In this document: in pieces, positions 1 through 10,123 of the stretch
How the letters are laid out: the number at the start of each line of letters is the position of its first letter
Numbering within the stretch: the stretch's first letter is position 1
Source: an uncultured delta proteobacterium
GTDB taxonomy: Bacteria; Desulfobacterota; Binatia; Binatales; Binataceae
Length of the DNA stretch: 64,000 nt
Reading direction: 5' to 3'
Assembly: GCA_963724765.1 (NCBI GenBank)
Contig: CAVRVY010000001.1
Coordinates: forward strand, 320,001-384,000
The notes under the pieces: model-generated
Databases searched by the model: none
Seen by the model: the letters and a program-made list of their open reading frames with translations, nothing else
Told to the model about the DNA's origin: nothing
Translations under genes and position numbers: made by a program

Positions 1-630
1 TTCGCGCGCCTCCTTACGCCGCGACCGAGCGCAATCGCCGGGCGAACTGTTTTCACCTACACAGGGGAGAACGCCGGCATTCCCCTCGGAAATGCTCCCA
101 GCATTTTGGACAAGGACTACACTATCACCGCTCAAGTGACTATCCCCAAAGGCGGGGCGGAAGGAATGATCGTGACGCTCGGTGGCCGCTTCGGCGGCTA
201 TGGCCTCTACCTCCTCAATGGCAAGCCGGTCTTCGACTACAACCTTCTCGATCTGACGCACTACCGCTGGGAGGGGGGACCTTTAGGCCACGGCGTGTTG
301 GCTCAAGCGCTAAAGCCGGGCAAGCACACGATAGTCTTCGACTTCAAATACGAAGGCCCCGGGCCCGGCAAGGGCGGCACCGGCGTGTTTACGGTGGATG
401 GCAAGGAGATAGCTCGCAAGAAAATCCCGCACACGATTCCGCTGATGATGGCCATCGACGAGACCTTCGACATTGGGATCGATACCCGTACGCCGGTGAA
501 CGACAGCTATAAACTGCCGTTTCGCTTCACCGGCACGATCGACAAGCTGACGTTCAACCTCGGGCCAGAACAATTGACGGACGCGGACCGAAAGATCATT
601 GCGGAACGACTCGCGCGGGCGCGGGACTAG
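1..630 (+). CDS. Arylsulfatase, C-terminal part (5' end outside window)
   Basis: Frame is open from base 1 (FARLLTPRPSAIAGRTVFTYTGENAGIP...). Motifs EGMIVTLGGRFGGYGLYL, DETFDIGIDT and PFRFTGTIDKL match the C-terminal domain of large AtsD-like arylsulfatases. Confidence 0.8.
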   Translation, partial: FARLLTPRPSAIAGRTVFTYTGENAGIPLGNAPSILDKDYTITAQVTIPKGGAEGMIVTLGGRFGGYGLYLLNGKPVFDYNLLDLTHYRWEGGPLGHGVLAQALKPGKHTIVFDFKYEGPGPGKGGTGVFTVDGKEIARKKIPHTIPLMMAIDETFDIGIDTRTPVNDSYKLPFRFTGTIDKLTFNLGPEQLTDADRKIIAERLARARD

Positions 631-654
631 GTAACGAAGCGAGCGACAAAAACA

Positions 655-1092
655 TTGCCTATCGTTTCTGATTGCTGGAGGTTCAACAGTTCCTCTCCCG
701 CCAGTACTCTACTCACCGCGACGGCGGCGATTGAACTGGGAGCTGGTCTGGCGCTGCTGAGTTGTCCCTCGGCGACGGCGGTGCTCCTGATCGGCGCACC
801 GCTGGAGACCGCCGCCGCATTGTCCGTGGCGCGCGTGGCCGGCACTGCGTTGCTCACGCTGGGTGCCGCCTGCTGGCTTGCGCGTGCTGACGCGCACACC
901 CGTGCCGCGAACGGATTGCTCGCCGCGATGGTGCTCTACAATCTCGGCGTGGCCGTGATCCTCGGCGCGGCGGGCATCGGGTCGCAGGCGGACGGCATAG
1001 CCTTGTGGCCGGCCGTTGTACTGCACGCGGCGATGACTGTCTGGTGCCTCGGAATCATTCTCGCTGGCGCCACTGGCCACGTCACGAAATGA
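655..1092 (+). CDS. Hypothetical membrane protein (about 4 TM helices); start uncertain
   Basis: Hydrophobic ORF directly after the sulfatase; TTG start without a clear RBS. Confidence 0.6.
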   Translation: MPIVSDCWRFNSSSPASTLLTATAAIELGAGLALLSCPSATAVLLIGAPLETAAALSVARVAGTALLTLGAACWLARADAHTRAANGLLAAMVLYNLGVAVILGAAGIGSQADGIALWPAVVLHAAMTVWCLGIILAGATGHVTK

Positions 1093-1128
1093 AGACACGA
1101 GAACCTAACGCAATGGAGGAGACATGTC

Positions 1129-1413
1129 ATGAATAAACGATACCTGCTCGCCCTGGCCCCTGCGATATTGCTATCTGCCGGCGTAGCCAGTGCTCAGCAC
1201 CCGATGCTGGACGCGGTGGCCAACCGGGTCGTTCAGAAATATCAGCAATCGTCATGTGATCAGTTGTGGCAGCAGAGGGGCCAGCCGAAATCGCAGAGGG
1301 AACAGGAAGCCATACAGCTTCTGCGCGACGACCCGCAGTTACGCGCTGCCTTTGTCGACAAAGTAGCGGCGCCGATTGCCAACAAGCTATTCGAATGCGG
1401 CATGATCCCGTGA
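1129..1413 (+). CDS. Small secreted hypothetical protein
   Basis: GGAGGA RBS, signal peptide ending ASA-Q, two Cys (SSCDQLW, LFECGMIP). Confidence 0.75.
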   Translation: MNKRYLLALAPAILLSAGVASAQHPMLDAVANRVVQKYQQSSCDQLWQQRGQPKSQREQEAIQLLRDDPQLRAAFVDKVAAPIANKLFECGMIP

Positions 1414-1489
1414 TTGTCGCCGGGCAGGACAAGATAACAGGAACGAGTAACGCGTGGCTGAAATCGGAAGAGATGTCCGCGGACACACG

Positions 1490-2917
1490 ATGGATGGAAT
1501 AACTCGCCGCGGGTTTGTCCGAGCCGTACTTGCTTCTTCGGCTTTATACGGAATCGGATGCGGTTCCGGTAGCAACTACACTCCACCGACGCCGCCGCCT
1601 TCAGCCTGCGGCTCGCTCGACTGCGCAATCGTGGGGGCGGGAATTGCGGGTATGAGTGCGGCGAGCACTTTGATTGCGGCTGGAAAAAATGTGCTAGTGC
1701 TCGAGGCCCGCAATCGCGTCGGCGGGCGGGCGCTGAGCGACAACAGTTTCGCTACCCCGGTCGACCTGGGCGCGGAGTGGTTTTCCTTTGTCACGCCTAA
1801 GAGCGGTGGCAGTCCCGGACAGACCAACAACGCGCTGTTCGACATCGCGGCGAGCCGCGGCCTGCAAGTGTTTGCCGACACTTATCCGCGCGTCTTCTAT
1901 GACATAACTCCTCCGCCGACGCCGCTCCCACCAAGCGATCCAAACGTAATCGCTGCGACCGCGACGTTTGCCTCGATGCTCGCGCTTATCAACTCGGCAG
2001 CAACGTCGGGCCCCGACATATCGGCGGCGGTGGCGACCGCGTCGCTCGCTTTGGACAAGTTGTACAATCTCGGCGCAGGCATCATCAGCACCCTGCACGG
2101 CGCCGACTTGGACGTCCTCAGCGTCCTCGACCTCTTCAACTTCACGCAACTCGGGCTGCCAATCACAGTTCCCTCCGCTGACAATCGCCTCCTCCCGAGT
2201 GGAATGGGCAACTTCATTGCCACCTTCGCCAACGGAGTACCGGTTAGGCTGAACACTCCGGTGACCTCGATCAGCTGGGACAATCCCTGCGGCGTGCAGA
2301 TCAGCACGCCGGCGGGAGTCGTGAATGCCAGCACGGCGATTGTTACCGTACCGCTGAGCGTGCTCGCGTCAGAGAGGCTGACCTTCAGTCCCGCGCTGCC
2401 CTCGCAGTACCAGGATGCGATCAGCAACCTGCCGATGGGCGTGGTCGAGAAAATCGCACTCCAGTTCAACCAGGACATCTTCAACGTAGGAACAATTAAT
2501 ACTCTCGCGACTCCGCTGGTCGACAAAGTCAACAACTCCTTCGTACAGGCTCAACTATTTGGCAAGAACATCGGAATCTGCTTTGTCGGCGGCGACCTCG
2601 CGAGGAGCCTCATCGCTGCGGGCGGCACCGCGCTCGTTGACTTCGCGCTCGCCACGATGGAGTCAATGTTCGGAAGCTCGGTCAGCGGTGCCTTCGTGAG
2701 GGGACAGAGCTCCTCGTGGCTGAGCGATCCTTTCAGCCTGGGGGCCTTCACCTACGCCGTGCCCGGAGCGGTGCCGTTGCGCACCGCGCTGGCGACGCCG
2801 GTCGCTAATCAGATCTTCTTTGCTGGCGAAGCTCTGTCGGTTCTCAAGCACGGCTCTTTGCCCGGCGCTTACGATTCCGGCCAGACCGCCGCGCGGTTAG
2901 TGCTCGAAGCGCTTTGA
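1490..2917 (+). CDS. Tat-exported flavin monoamine oxidase-family protein, probable lipoprotein
   Basis: TRRGF twin-arginine motif followed by GIGC; GAGIAG...EARNRVGGR FAD fold; DLGAEW; C-terminal FFAGEA...GAYDSG. Confidence 0.85.
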   Translation: MDGITRRGFVRAVLASSALYGIGCGSGSNYTPPTPPPSACGSLDCAIVGAGIAGMSAASTLIAAGKNVLVLEARNRVGGRALSDNSFATPVDLGAEWFSFVTPKSGGSPGQTNNALFDIAASRGLQVFADTYPRVFYDITPPPTPLPPSDPNVIAATATFASMLALINSAATSGPDISAAVATASLALDKLYNLGAGIISTLHGADLDVLSVLDLFNFTQLGLPITVPSADNRLLPSGMGNFIATFANGVPVRLNTPVTSISWDNPCGVQISTPAGVVNASTAIVTVPLSVLASERLTFSPALPSQYQDAISNLPMGVVEKIALQFNQDIFNVGTINTLATPLVDKVNNSFVQAQLFGKNIGICFVGGDLARSLIAAGGTALVDFALATMESMFGSSVSGAFVRGQSSSWLSDPFSLGAFTYAVPGAVPLRTALATPVANQIFFAGEALSVLKHGSLPGAYDSGQTAARLVLEAL

Positions 2918-4260
2918 CTCTGAGGGGTCCGGAGGTGAGAAGGGTAAGGAAACATTGCGGGGACAGGGTCGGCGTGGCCGCATACGCCGCGATTGCGATG
3001 GGGCTGGTTTTTCTGGGACTCGTCGCGGCTCCGCCAAGCGTGTGGAGCGCCGGCTTCATGCTGTACGAACAGGGGACGCCGGATGTCGGGCTGGCCTCGG
3101 CCGGTCAGGGCGCCCGCGCCCAGGATGCGTCGGCGGTCTTTACCAATCCCGCCGGGATGACGCAGCTCAAGGATTCGCAACTGCTGGTTGGGGTTGAACC
3201 GCTCTTCGGCAATTACACCTTCAGTCCCAACGCCAAGACCAGCCTCAAGGGCACCAATGGAGGCAATGCCGCGGTGCCGCTCCCCAGCGGAAGTTTCTTT
3301 TACGTGCACAGTCTCACGCCGAACCTGAAGCTGGGTTTTGGCAGCTACTCATATTTCGCGGGGGCTCTCGAAAACAACCTCAACTGGGTCGGGAGATACT
3401 ACATCCAGGGAGAGACCATGCTGGGGATGTCATTTCAGCCTTCGATCGCGTTCCGCGCCGCGGACTGGCTATCGATCGGCGGCGGCCCCAGCGTGATGAT
3501 GGGATTTTTACGCGCCAAGGCCGGTATCAACACCCTCAATCCGCGGCTTGGCGACGGCCAGGTAAGATACCAGAACTGGACCGTGAACGTTGGCGGCAAC
3601 ATAGGAATACTGCTCACGCCGCGCGACGGCACGCGGATCGGAATCGACTATCTCACTCCGGTGAATCTCAACTTCAGCGACGCGCCTCATTTCGTAGGTT
3701 TGGGACCGCTGGTGACCAGGGCGATCAGCAATGACAAGCTCCGCTCGCCAAAAACAAATCTCGGCATGCAGGTGCCGCAGCAACTGATGGGCGACTTTTA
3801 TCAGAAAATCACCGAGCGGATGGCGCTGCTCGGCAGCGTCGGGTGGCAGAACTGGAGCCAGTTCGGACTGGTGGATATCAGCATCGATACGGCCAACCCG
3901 AAGAGCCTGACCAAGAACCTGCACTTCCAGGACACGTTCCATCTCGCCGCCGGTACGCAATATCAGCTTATGCCGCAGTGGATGCTGTCGTGCGGGTTCG
4001 CCTTCGACAATTCGGCGGTCGGTACCCCGATGCGCACGGTCAGCCTTCCGGTCGGCGACCAGTATCGTTTCGGGGCCGGAGTTCAATACGCGTATAGCAA
4101 GAAAATCACGTTCGGGTTTGCGGACGAGTTCATGTACCAGGGCGAGCTGCCAATCTATCAGAACGAAGGTCCTGTCAGAGGCACGGTGGCGGGGCAATAC
4201 ACCAACACTTTCTTCAATTTCTTCAGCCTAAATATGGCCTACAAGTTCGGAATCGACTGA
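2914..4260 (+). CDS. OmpP1/FadL-family outer-membrane transporter; start may lie further downstream
   Basis: AGFMLYEQG...GLASAG...DASAVFTNPAGM hatch signature; WQNWSQF; amphipathic beta strands. Confidence 0.9.
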   Translation: MTLRGPEVRRVRKHCGDRVGVAAYAAIAMGLVFLGLVAAPPSVWSAGFMLYEQGTPDVGLASAGQGARAQDASAVFTNPAGMTQLKDSQLLVGVEPLFGNYTFSPNAKTSLKGTNGGNAAVPLPSGSFFYVHSLTPNLKLGFGSYSYFAGALENNLNWVGRYYIQGETMLGMSFQPSIAFRAADWLSIGGGPSVMMGFLRAKAGINTLNPRLGDGQVRYQNWTVNVGGNIGILLTPRDGTRIGIDYLTPVNLNFSDAPHFVGLGPLVTRAISNDKLRSPKTNLGMQVPQQLMGDFYQKITERMALLGSVGWQNWSQFGLVDISIDTANPKSLTKNLHFQDTFHLAAGTQYQLMPQWMLSCGFAFDNSAVGTPMRTVSLPVGDQYRFGAGVQYAYSKKITFGFADEFMYQGELPIYQNEGPVRGTVAGQYTNTFFNFFSLNMAYKFGID

Positions 4261-4426
4261 ATGCAATCGAAAGCCATCAGCGCTTTTGCCGAATCATCAC
4301 GCCGAGACTTTGGTCGACCGCGGGCTATCGGTTGGCCGCGGCGCGCAACTGATGCCCGCGCGCTGCGCACCGCGCACGACAGGATTCCGTCCCGAGGTGA
4401 GCGGTGACTGGACAACTTCGATCAGA

Positions 4427-5239
4427 TCATTTCAGTATCGAATGCTTGCGGCAGAAATCGGTAGTCAGTTTGGCGATTAGAGCCGGATCCTCGAACATCG
4501 GATAGTGACCGATACCTTTTAGGTAAGCCACCTCGGCATTTTTCAACAGCTTGACGGTTTCTTCGACTAGCGCCTTGGGCACCCAGAAATCGTCCTCGCC
4601 ACATACCACCAGCATCGGACATTCGACCGCGCCGAGCAGTGCGCGGACGTCGTGAGCCGCCCAGGCCACCAGGTCCCCCACCGCGCTGACCTGCGGGCCT
4701 CGATGCTGCCAGCGCAGCTCAAGGATTTTTTCCGCCGAACAGTTGCGATTGAGCGATTCGGTCGCTGCCCGCTCGAGCTGATCCTGCCATCCCGGTCCCC
4801 AGGCAGGATGGGTTAACCCGGTGGGGCTCGGAAAAGTTGGCGAGCGGGAGAGGCCCTCCATCGGAATTCCCGCGGCCATCTCGCGCCAGTGATGCGCGGC
4901 GTAATCGAGCGTGATATCGCCGCCGATCGAGCATCCCATGATCACTGGCTTCTTCAACCCGAGAGTATTTGCGAAGGCGTGAACGAACTCGGCGTGTTCG
5001 TGGATCGTGCGATGCGGCGTCCAGTTGACCGGGTAGGAGCGGAAGTGGCCCGGAAGATCCAGCGCATAGGCGTGAAAGCCGCGCTCCGCCAGCAAGGGCA
5101 ACAGGTACGTGTATTCCAGTGAGCATGCGCCGGCAGTATGGACGCAGACTATCGGATAACCCTCGCCAATCTCGTCGTAGAAAATCCTGGTGCCGTTGAC
5201 CTTGACGTAGTGCCCTCGAATATCTTCGGTGCTTGCCAT
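4427..5239 (-). CDS. Alpha/beta hydrolase
   Basis: VHTAG, ALDLPGH, GCSIGG nucleophile elbow, GEDD and GHYPM. Confidence 0.85.
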   Translation of the reverse strand: MASTEDIRGHYVKVNGTRIFYDEIGEGYPIVCVHTAGACSLEYTYLLPLLAERGFHAYALDLPGHFRSYPVNWTPHRTIHEHAEFVHAFANTLGLKKPVIMGCSIGGDITLDYAAHHWREMAAGIPMEGLSRSPTFPSPTGLTHPAWGPGWQDQLERAATESLNRNCSAEKILELRWQHRGPQVSAVGDLVAWAAHDVRALLGAVECPMLVVCGEDDFWVPKALVEETVKLLKNAEVAYLKGIGHYPMFEDPALIAKLTTDFCRKHSILK

Positions 5240-5251
5240 AATCCGATTCCT

Positions 5252-5686
5252 TTAACGCGCGTTCGCGCGCACGCAATCGCGCAGGACGTAGGCCATCTGG
5301 AACATCGCTTCGGTTAGGCGTCCGGCTTCGAGCAGATTGCCTTCGGTGCGGATTTCGACCTGAAGCTCGCCGACCCTCGAAAGCGTGGGGTCGTCCTCGA
5401 AGTACCGTTTGCCCGGATAGGTTAGATCCGACCACAGCCGTTGCCCGCTGGTGAGCAATTTCCAGGACGCTTCGCTGCCCGAAAATTTGAAGGTGTAGCC
5501 GAAAGGAGGAACGGCGGGCTGATGGTCGATGACTTTGCCCTTGTAAACCTTCAGCCACAGCAGATCGGTGCCGACTTCGAGCAGGACCGATCCGTCAAAC
5601 CATTGCGCCTGTTCGTTGAAGACCGGATGCGCGTTGAGCGCGGAAACGAAGCGCTCCTGGAGCGCGCGATCAGCTAAAAATGACAT
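5252..5686 (-). CDS. Hypothetical protein (possible SCP2-like fold)
   Basis: GGAGG RBS; ends 12 bp before the hydrolase start. The fold is inference. Confidence 0.7.
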   Translation of the reverse strand: MSFLADRALQERFVSALNAHPVFNEQAQWFDGSVLLEVGTDLLWLKVYKGKVIDHQPAVPPFGYTFKFSGSEASWKLLTSGQRLWSDLTYPGKRYFEDDPTLSRVGELQVEIRTEGNLLEAGRLTEAMFQMAYVLRDCVRANAR

Positions 5687-5791
5687 GACATTCCTCCGTT
5701 GTTTCGCTGATCGAGAGCCAAATCGCTCGGTCGCAATGGCGGAAGCACTATGACGCTTCCAAGAGTTTCGGCTGTGAAGTTCAAAAACTAT

Positions 5792-6304
5792 CTACGCAAG
5801 GAGTGCCGCCAGCTCCACATATGCGGGAGAATAATGATGTCTGCCCGATCGTGCAATCGATGAGGGCTGCCACATTTTCCAGGTGAAGCGCTTCGCGATG
5901 GTGCGTTGGGTCATTTCGTGGCCGTCGGTGCGCAAGAAGAGGTGGCGGATTCCGGGTTGGCTGGATGGCTTGCGAGCCGCCGCTCCCAGCGTGACATGGC
6001 GAACGGCGTCTGCGATGAGCGACGGCGCCAGCGACCGAATGATCACATCGAAGCTGTCGTTGGCGTCGAGCTTGGCGGCACTCGCAGCCCGTAACGTCAC
6101 CGTCGGCGGGAGCAGCTTCTGCGCTTGCGTCACACGTTCGGCGATGAGATCGATGCCCTTGAGATTTTCCGGCCGAGCCCCCCACTGAATGAATTTTTGC
6201 AGCCACTCACCGGATCCACCTCCGATATCGAGAACCTTAAGCCGCTTGAGTCGGGTACAGCCGTGGCGACGACGTGAAATACCAAGCGTGTGCGAACGTG
6301 ACAA
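5792..6304 (-). pseudogene. Degraded class I SAM-dependent methyltransferase
   Basis: VLDIGGGSG motif I, GIDL motif II and SFDVI are present, then the sequence loses methyltransferase character; no credible start. Confidence 0.55.
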
Positions 6305-6422
6305 GCTTGACTTGGCCTCCTACTTGGCCGAAGATGTTTCATTTAGAATGTCAAGAATGTAGAACCCGACATAGAATGCTTCTAACTCCCAACATACGAG
6401 CGACAGAGTTATTTATCGACAC

Positions 6423-8423
6423 ATGCGGTGCAAACAATCGTTTCAAGCGCTTATATGGCTATGTTTTTATCTTTTGCTATTGACCGGCAGCCGTCCCGCC
6501 TCAGCCGCGTGTTCGCAGGACTATTGGGTGTCTCCAAACGGCAACGACGATGGCACGGGCACTGTCGATGACCCATTTCTGACCCTGGATCACGCTAGGC
6601 AGGTCGTACGGCAGAACACGCGCAGAGGTCAATGCACCATCTATGTCAATGTCAAATCAGGGACCTACGCACTCACCACGCCCCTTATATTCGATTCGTC
6701 CGATTCCGGGTCTCCACAAGCAAAAGTAGTTTACAGGGCTGCCCCGGGTAATCTCTCCCCGGCGATTATTTCCGGGGGTATCCCTGTGGTAAATTTTACG
6801 TGCACCTCCGCCAACATCTGCACCAGCACCCTGGCCGATCTGCCTGCCGGAATAATGCCGCGTCAGTTCTACGCAAACGGCCAGCGGGCTATCCGCGCAC
6901 GCTCGAACTACGGTCAAGCCGTCAATCTCAATTATATTCGCGTATCAAATGGCTATACGCAGATCCTTCCTCAGTCTTTCAGCCATCCGGAGCTGATGGA
7001 GGCAGTTACGGTAACGCAATGGAAGATGATGCGGTGTCCTATCGCGAGCCTGTCCGGAAACACCCTCGTCGTGCAAAATCCATGTTGGGACAATGCCAAT
7101 TCCTACTCGAGCCCCGTAAACTTTCAGCTGCTCAGTTGGCTGGAAAATGCTCCGGAATTCGTGACAGTACCCAACATGTGGTATCTCGACCCCTATAGCC
7201 AACAATTAACCTATTACAATACCCGCTCTGGCAGCCCTCAAGGCGCTGTCTTGCCGGTACTGGAAAATCTGGTCGAACTGATAGGAACTCCCACCAAGCC
7301 GATAACAGATATATCTTTTAACGGACTGCAATTCTCTTATGCTACCTGGCTGGAACCCAATACAAACAACGGGTATGTAACCGACCAGAGCAGCTACATA
7401 TTGATGGGTAGTGGATATGAACCGAATACGATCGGTCACCAGCAGATTACCTATAAAACACTCGGCAATGTAACTCTTAGATATGCGCGTAATATTATTT
7501 TCAGGGGCAATACTTTCAGCCACCTGGGCGGTGTGGCTTTGGATCTCGACACCGGCAGCCAAAACAACATGATACTCAGGAATACCTTCACCGACATATC
7601 CTCAACTGCAATTCAGGTCGGCGGACTTTCTCCCATTGATGCTCGGCCTAACAATGCGCAGAAGACCAGCCACAACCTGGTGCTAAACAATACCGTCTCA
7701 TACACTGGCCGAGACTATTATGACTCAGCCGGAGTCTTCGTCGGCTTCACGACTGGCACTCAGATAATCCATAATACCATTAGCCATACTCCGTGGAGCA
7801 GCCTCGCCATCGGTTGGGGATGGGGACTGCTCGACGATCCGAGTTTTCCGGGGGTGCCGACTGCTGTTCCAGGAATGTGGGGCACATACAATACCCCGAC
7901 TATTGCCAGCAATAACGAGATCGTGAGCAATAAATTTGAGTATTTCCTGGAACAATTGTGGGACGGTGGGGCAATCTATACCAATGGTTCGCAAGGCCCG
8001 AACTTTGCCAAGGGTCTCCTGATTGAATTGAACGTCGCTGAAAACAAACGGCCGCGCGGAGGTGGCAATATCTATTACACTGACGGCGGGAGTCAATATG
8101 TAACGCTTCGGCAGAATGTGTCTCTCAACGATCCGGTCGGAGTTGCTGATTTTGGTCCTTGCTCAACCGGATCGTCGATACCAAACTACTGCGCCATCAC
8201 TGGGTTTCCGTATGGTTCCGATTTTGGCGGGTGTCTTCCGGTAGGAAATCTGACCTATACTGAAAATTATTTCCTCAACCCGATCGACTTTTATGGACCG
8301 CAGATCTGTGCAAACGATTATGTTCCGGCGTATCCGATCAATTTGACGATCCGGAACAACATTCAAACCATATCAGCAGACCAGGTCCCGGGTTGGATAC
8401 TTTCCCAGGCCGGCGTCAAATAA
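6423..8423 (+). CDS. Secreted right-handed parallel beta-helix (pectin-lyase-fold) protein
   Basis: Signal peptide; YWVSPNGND...PFLTLDHA, GTYAL, ISGG, RQFYANGQRAIRAR and DGGAIYT motifs; Asn-rich; visibly lower GC than its flanks. Confidence 0.8.
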   Translation: MRCKQSFQALIWLCFYLLLLTGSRPASAACSQDYWVSPNGNDDGTGTVDDPFLTLDHARQVVRQNTRRGQCTIYVNVKSGTYALTTPLIFDSSDSGSPQAKVVYRAAPGNLSPAIISGGIPVVNFTCTSANICTSTLADLPAGIMPRQFYANGQRAIRARSNYGQAVNLNYIRVSNGYTQILPQSFSHPELMEAVTVTQWKMMRCPIASLSGNTLVVQNPCWDNANSYSSPVNFQLLSWLENAPEFVTVPNMWYLDPYSQQLTYYNTRSGSPQGAVLPVLENLVELIGTPTKPITDISFNGLQFSYATWLEPNTNNGYVTDQSSYILMGSGYEPNTIGHQQITYKTLGNVTLRYARNIIFRGNTFSHLGGVALDLDTGSQNNMILRNTFTDISSTAIQVGGLSPIDARPNNAQKTSHNLVLNNTVSYTGRDYYDSAGVFVGFTTGTQIIHNTISHTPWSSLAIGWGWGLLDDPSFPGVPTAVPGMWGTYNTPTIASNNEIVSNKFEYFLEQLWDGGAIYTNGSQGPNFAKGLLIELNVAENKRPRGGGNIYYTDGGSQYVTLRQNVSLNDPVGVADFGPCSTGSSIPNYCAITGFPYGSDFGGCLPVGNLTYTENYFLNPIDFYGPQICANDYVPAYPINLTIRNNIQTISADQVPGWILSQAGVK

Positions 8424-8656
8424 AAGCATGCATTCAACCAGGTTGATTCGTTCGGACCACCGAAACGAGACATATCGTATCCTGGAGCGCCGTTAGAAGA
8501 AGATTGACGCGATCTGGCTCTTCCTTCGACCGTCTCACCGGTTAAATTCAGACCGGCGGTTCAGTTTCCTTGAGCGATTGCGTACCAAGATCTTCGACCG
8601 CGAACACGGAAATAGTAGCTGCGACTGAATAGCCCTGATACGTGTAATCCAACAGC

Positions 8657-10099
8657 TCAATGACCTGCTTCTATCAGGCGGACATCAGCCCGGGCGTCGA
8701 CACCCCCGCGGGCAGGCTGACCGAACCACGCCAGCGGCTGATGGAGCCGCGTCACTTCACCCACGATTATCAGTGCGGGCGCGGTCATCCTGCGTCCCGC
8801 CAGCACGCCCGGTAACGTTGCGGCGGTGGCCGTGACTACTTCCTGGGTGGCACGCGTTCCGTCTGCAATAAGCGCCGCGCCGGTCTCGGGCGGCAAGCCG
8901 TGATCGATGAGCTTGCGGCAGATCGATTCGGCCTCGAAGCGCGACATGTAAAAGACCAGTGTCTGGCCGGAGCGCGCGAGGGTTTCCCAGTCGGGCTCGC
9001 TCGCGCCGTTTTTTCCGTGGGCCGTCACCAGCACACATTGGGAGGAAAGGTCGCGATGGGTGAGCGGTATGCCAGCGTACGCGGCGCATCCGCTGGCCGC
9101 GGTGATCCCCGGCACCACTTGATAAGGGATTCCGGCGGCGGCGAGCGCCTCGAGCTCTTCGCCCATCCGGCCGAAGACGGAGGGATCGCCCCCTTTGAGC
9201 CGCAGCACGCGCTTACCCTCTCGCGCCATTGTGATCATCATCTCGTTGATCTCGGACTGGCTTAGTTGATGCTCACCGCATCGCTTGCCGGCGTCGAGCA
9301 CTTCGGCCTCGCGCCGGACCAGCGCGAGGATCTCAGCCGAGACCAGGCGATCGTGCAATACCACGTCGGCCTGCTGCATTAATTGCAGCGCGCGCAGGGT
9401 CAGCAGGCTCGGATCGCCTGGACCTGCGCCCACAATGTAGACTTCGCCCGCTGTTTGCGCGCTCGCGGCAGTGTTGCAGATCTCTTCGGCAAGCAGCCGC
9501 TCGGCGCCCGCCTCGTCACCGGCAAGCGCACGCGATGCGACCGATCCCGTGGCCACGCGCTCCCAGAACCGCCGCCGCGCCGCTGGATCGGTGATAGCCC
9601 GCGACACCGCCGTGCGCCAGCGGCCCATCAGCGCGGCAAGCCCGCCGAGCCGTGCCGGAAGGATCGCCTCGATCTTTGTCTTGACTGTCCGCGCAAGCAC
9701 GGGCGCCGCGCCGGAAGTGCCGATCGCGACTATCAGCGGCGAGCGATCGACTATCGCGGGCATGATGAAGCTGCACAGCTCGGGGTCGTCCACGACATTG
9801 ACCGGAATCGCGCGTTGGCGAGCCTCCTCGGCCACGCTCCGGTTGAGTTCGCGGTCATCGGTTGCCGCCACCACCAGGCGCGTTCCGTCGAGCTCTGAAC
9901 CATCGAACCCCCGCGCCGACGCCTCGAGCATCCCGCGGTTGGCCATCGCGCCGATCACGCCTCCAATTCGGCAGGCTACAACGCGGACGCGCGCGCCCGC
10001 GCCTACCAACTGCGCGGCCTTGCGCGCTGCGACGACGCCGCCACCGACCACCAGGCAGGGCGTGTCGTTTAGATCGACGAAGATAGGAAACCAGTCCAT
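8657..10099 (-). CDS. cysG: Siroheme synthase
   Basis: VVGGGVVAARK, VNVVDDPELCSF, VGAGPGDP, RLKGGDP and VPGITAA. Confidence 0.95.
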   Translation of the reverse strand: MDWFPIFVDLNDTPCLVVGGGVVAARKAAQLVGAGARVRVVACRIGGVIGAMANRGMLEASARGFDGSELDGTRLVVAATDDRELNRSVAEEARQRAIPVNVVDDPELCSFIMPAIVDRSPLIVAIGTSGAAPVLARTVKTKIEAILPARLGGLAALMGRWRTAVSRAITDPAARRRFWERVATGSVASRALAGDEAGAERLLAEEICNTAASAQTAGEVYIVGAGPGDPSLLTLRALQLMQQADVVLHDRLVSAEILALVRREAEVLDAGKRCGEHQLSQSEINEMMITMAREGKRVLRLKGGDPSVFGRMGEELEALAAAGIPYQVVPGITAASGCAAYAGIPLTHRDLSSQCVLVTAHGKNGASEPDWETLARSGQTLVFYMSRFEAESICRKLIDHGLPPETGAALIADGTRATQEVVTATAATLPGVLAGRRMTAPALIIVGEVTRLHQPLAWFGQPARGGVDARADVRLIEAGH

Positions 10100-10123
10100 A
10101 GATGGAGCGTGGGTCGTGGCGTC

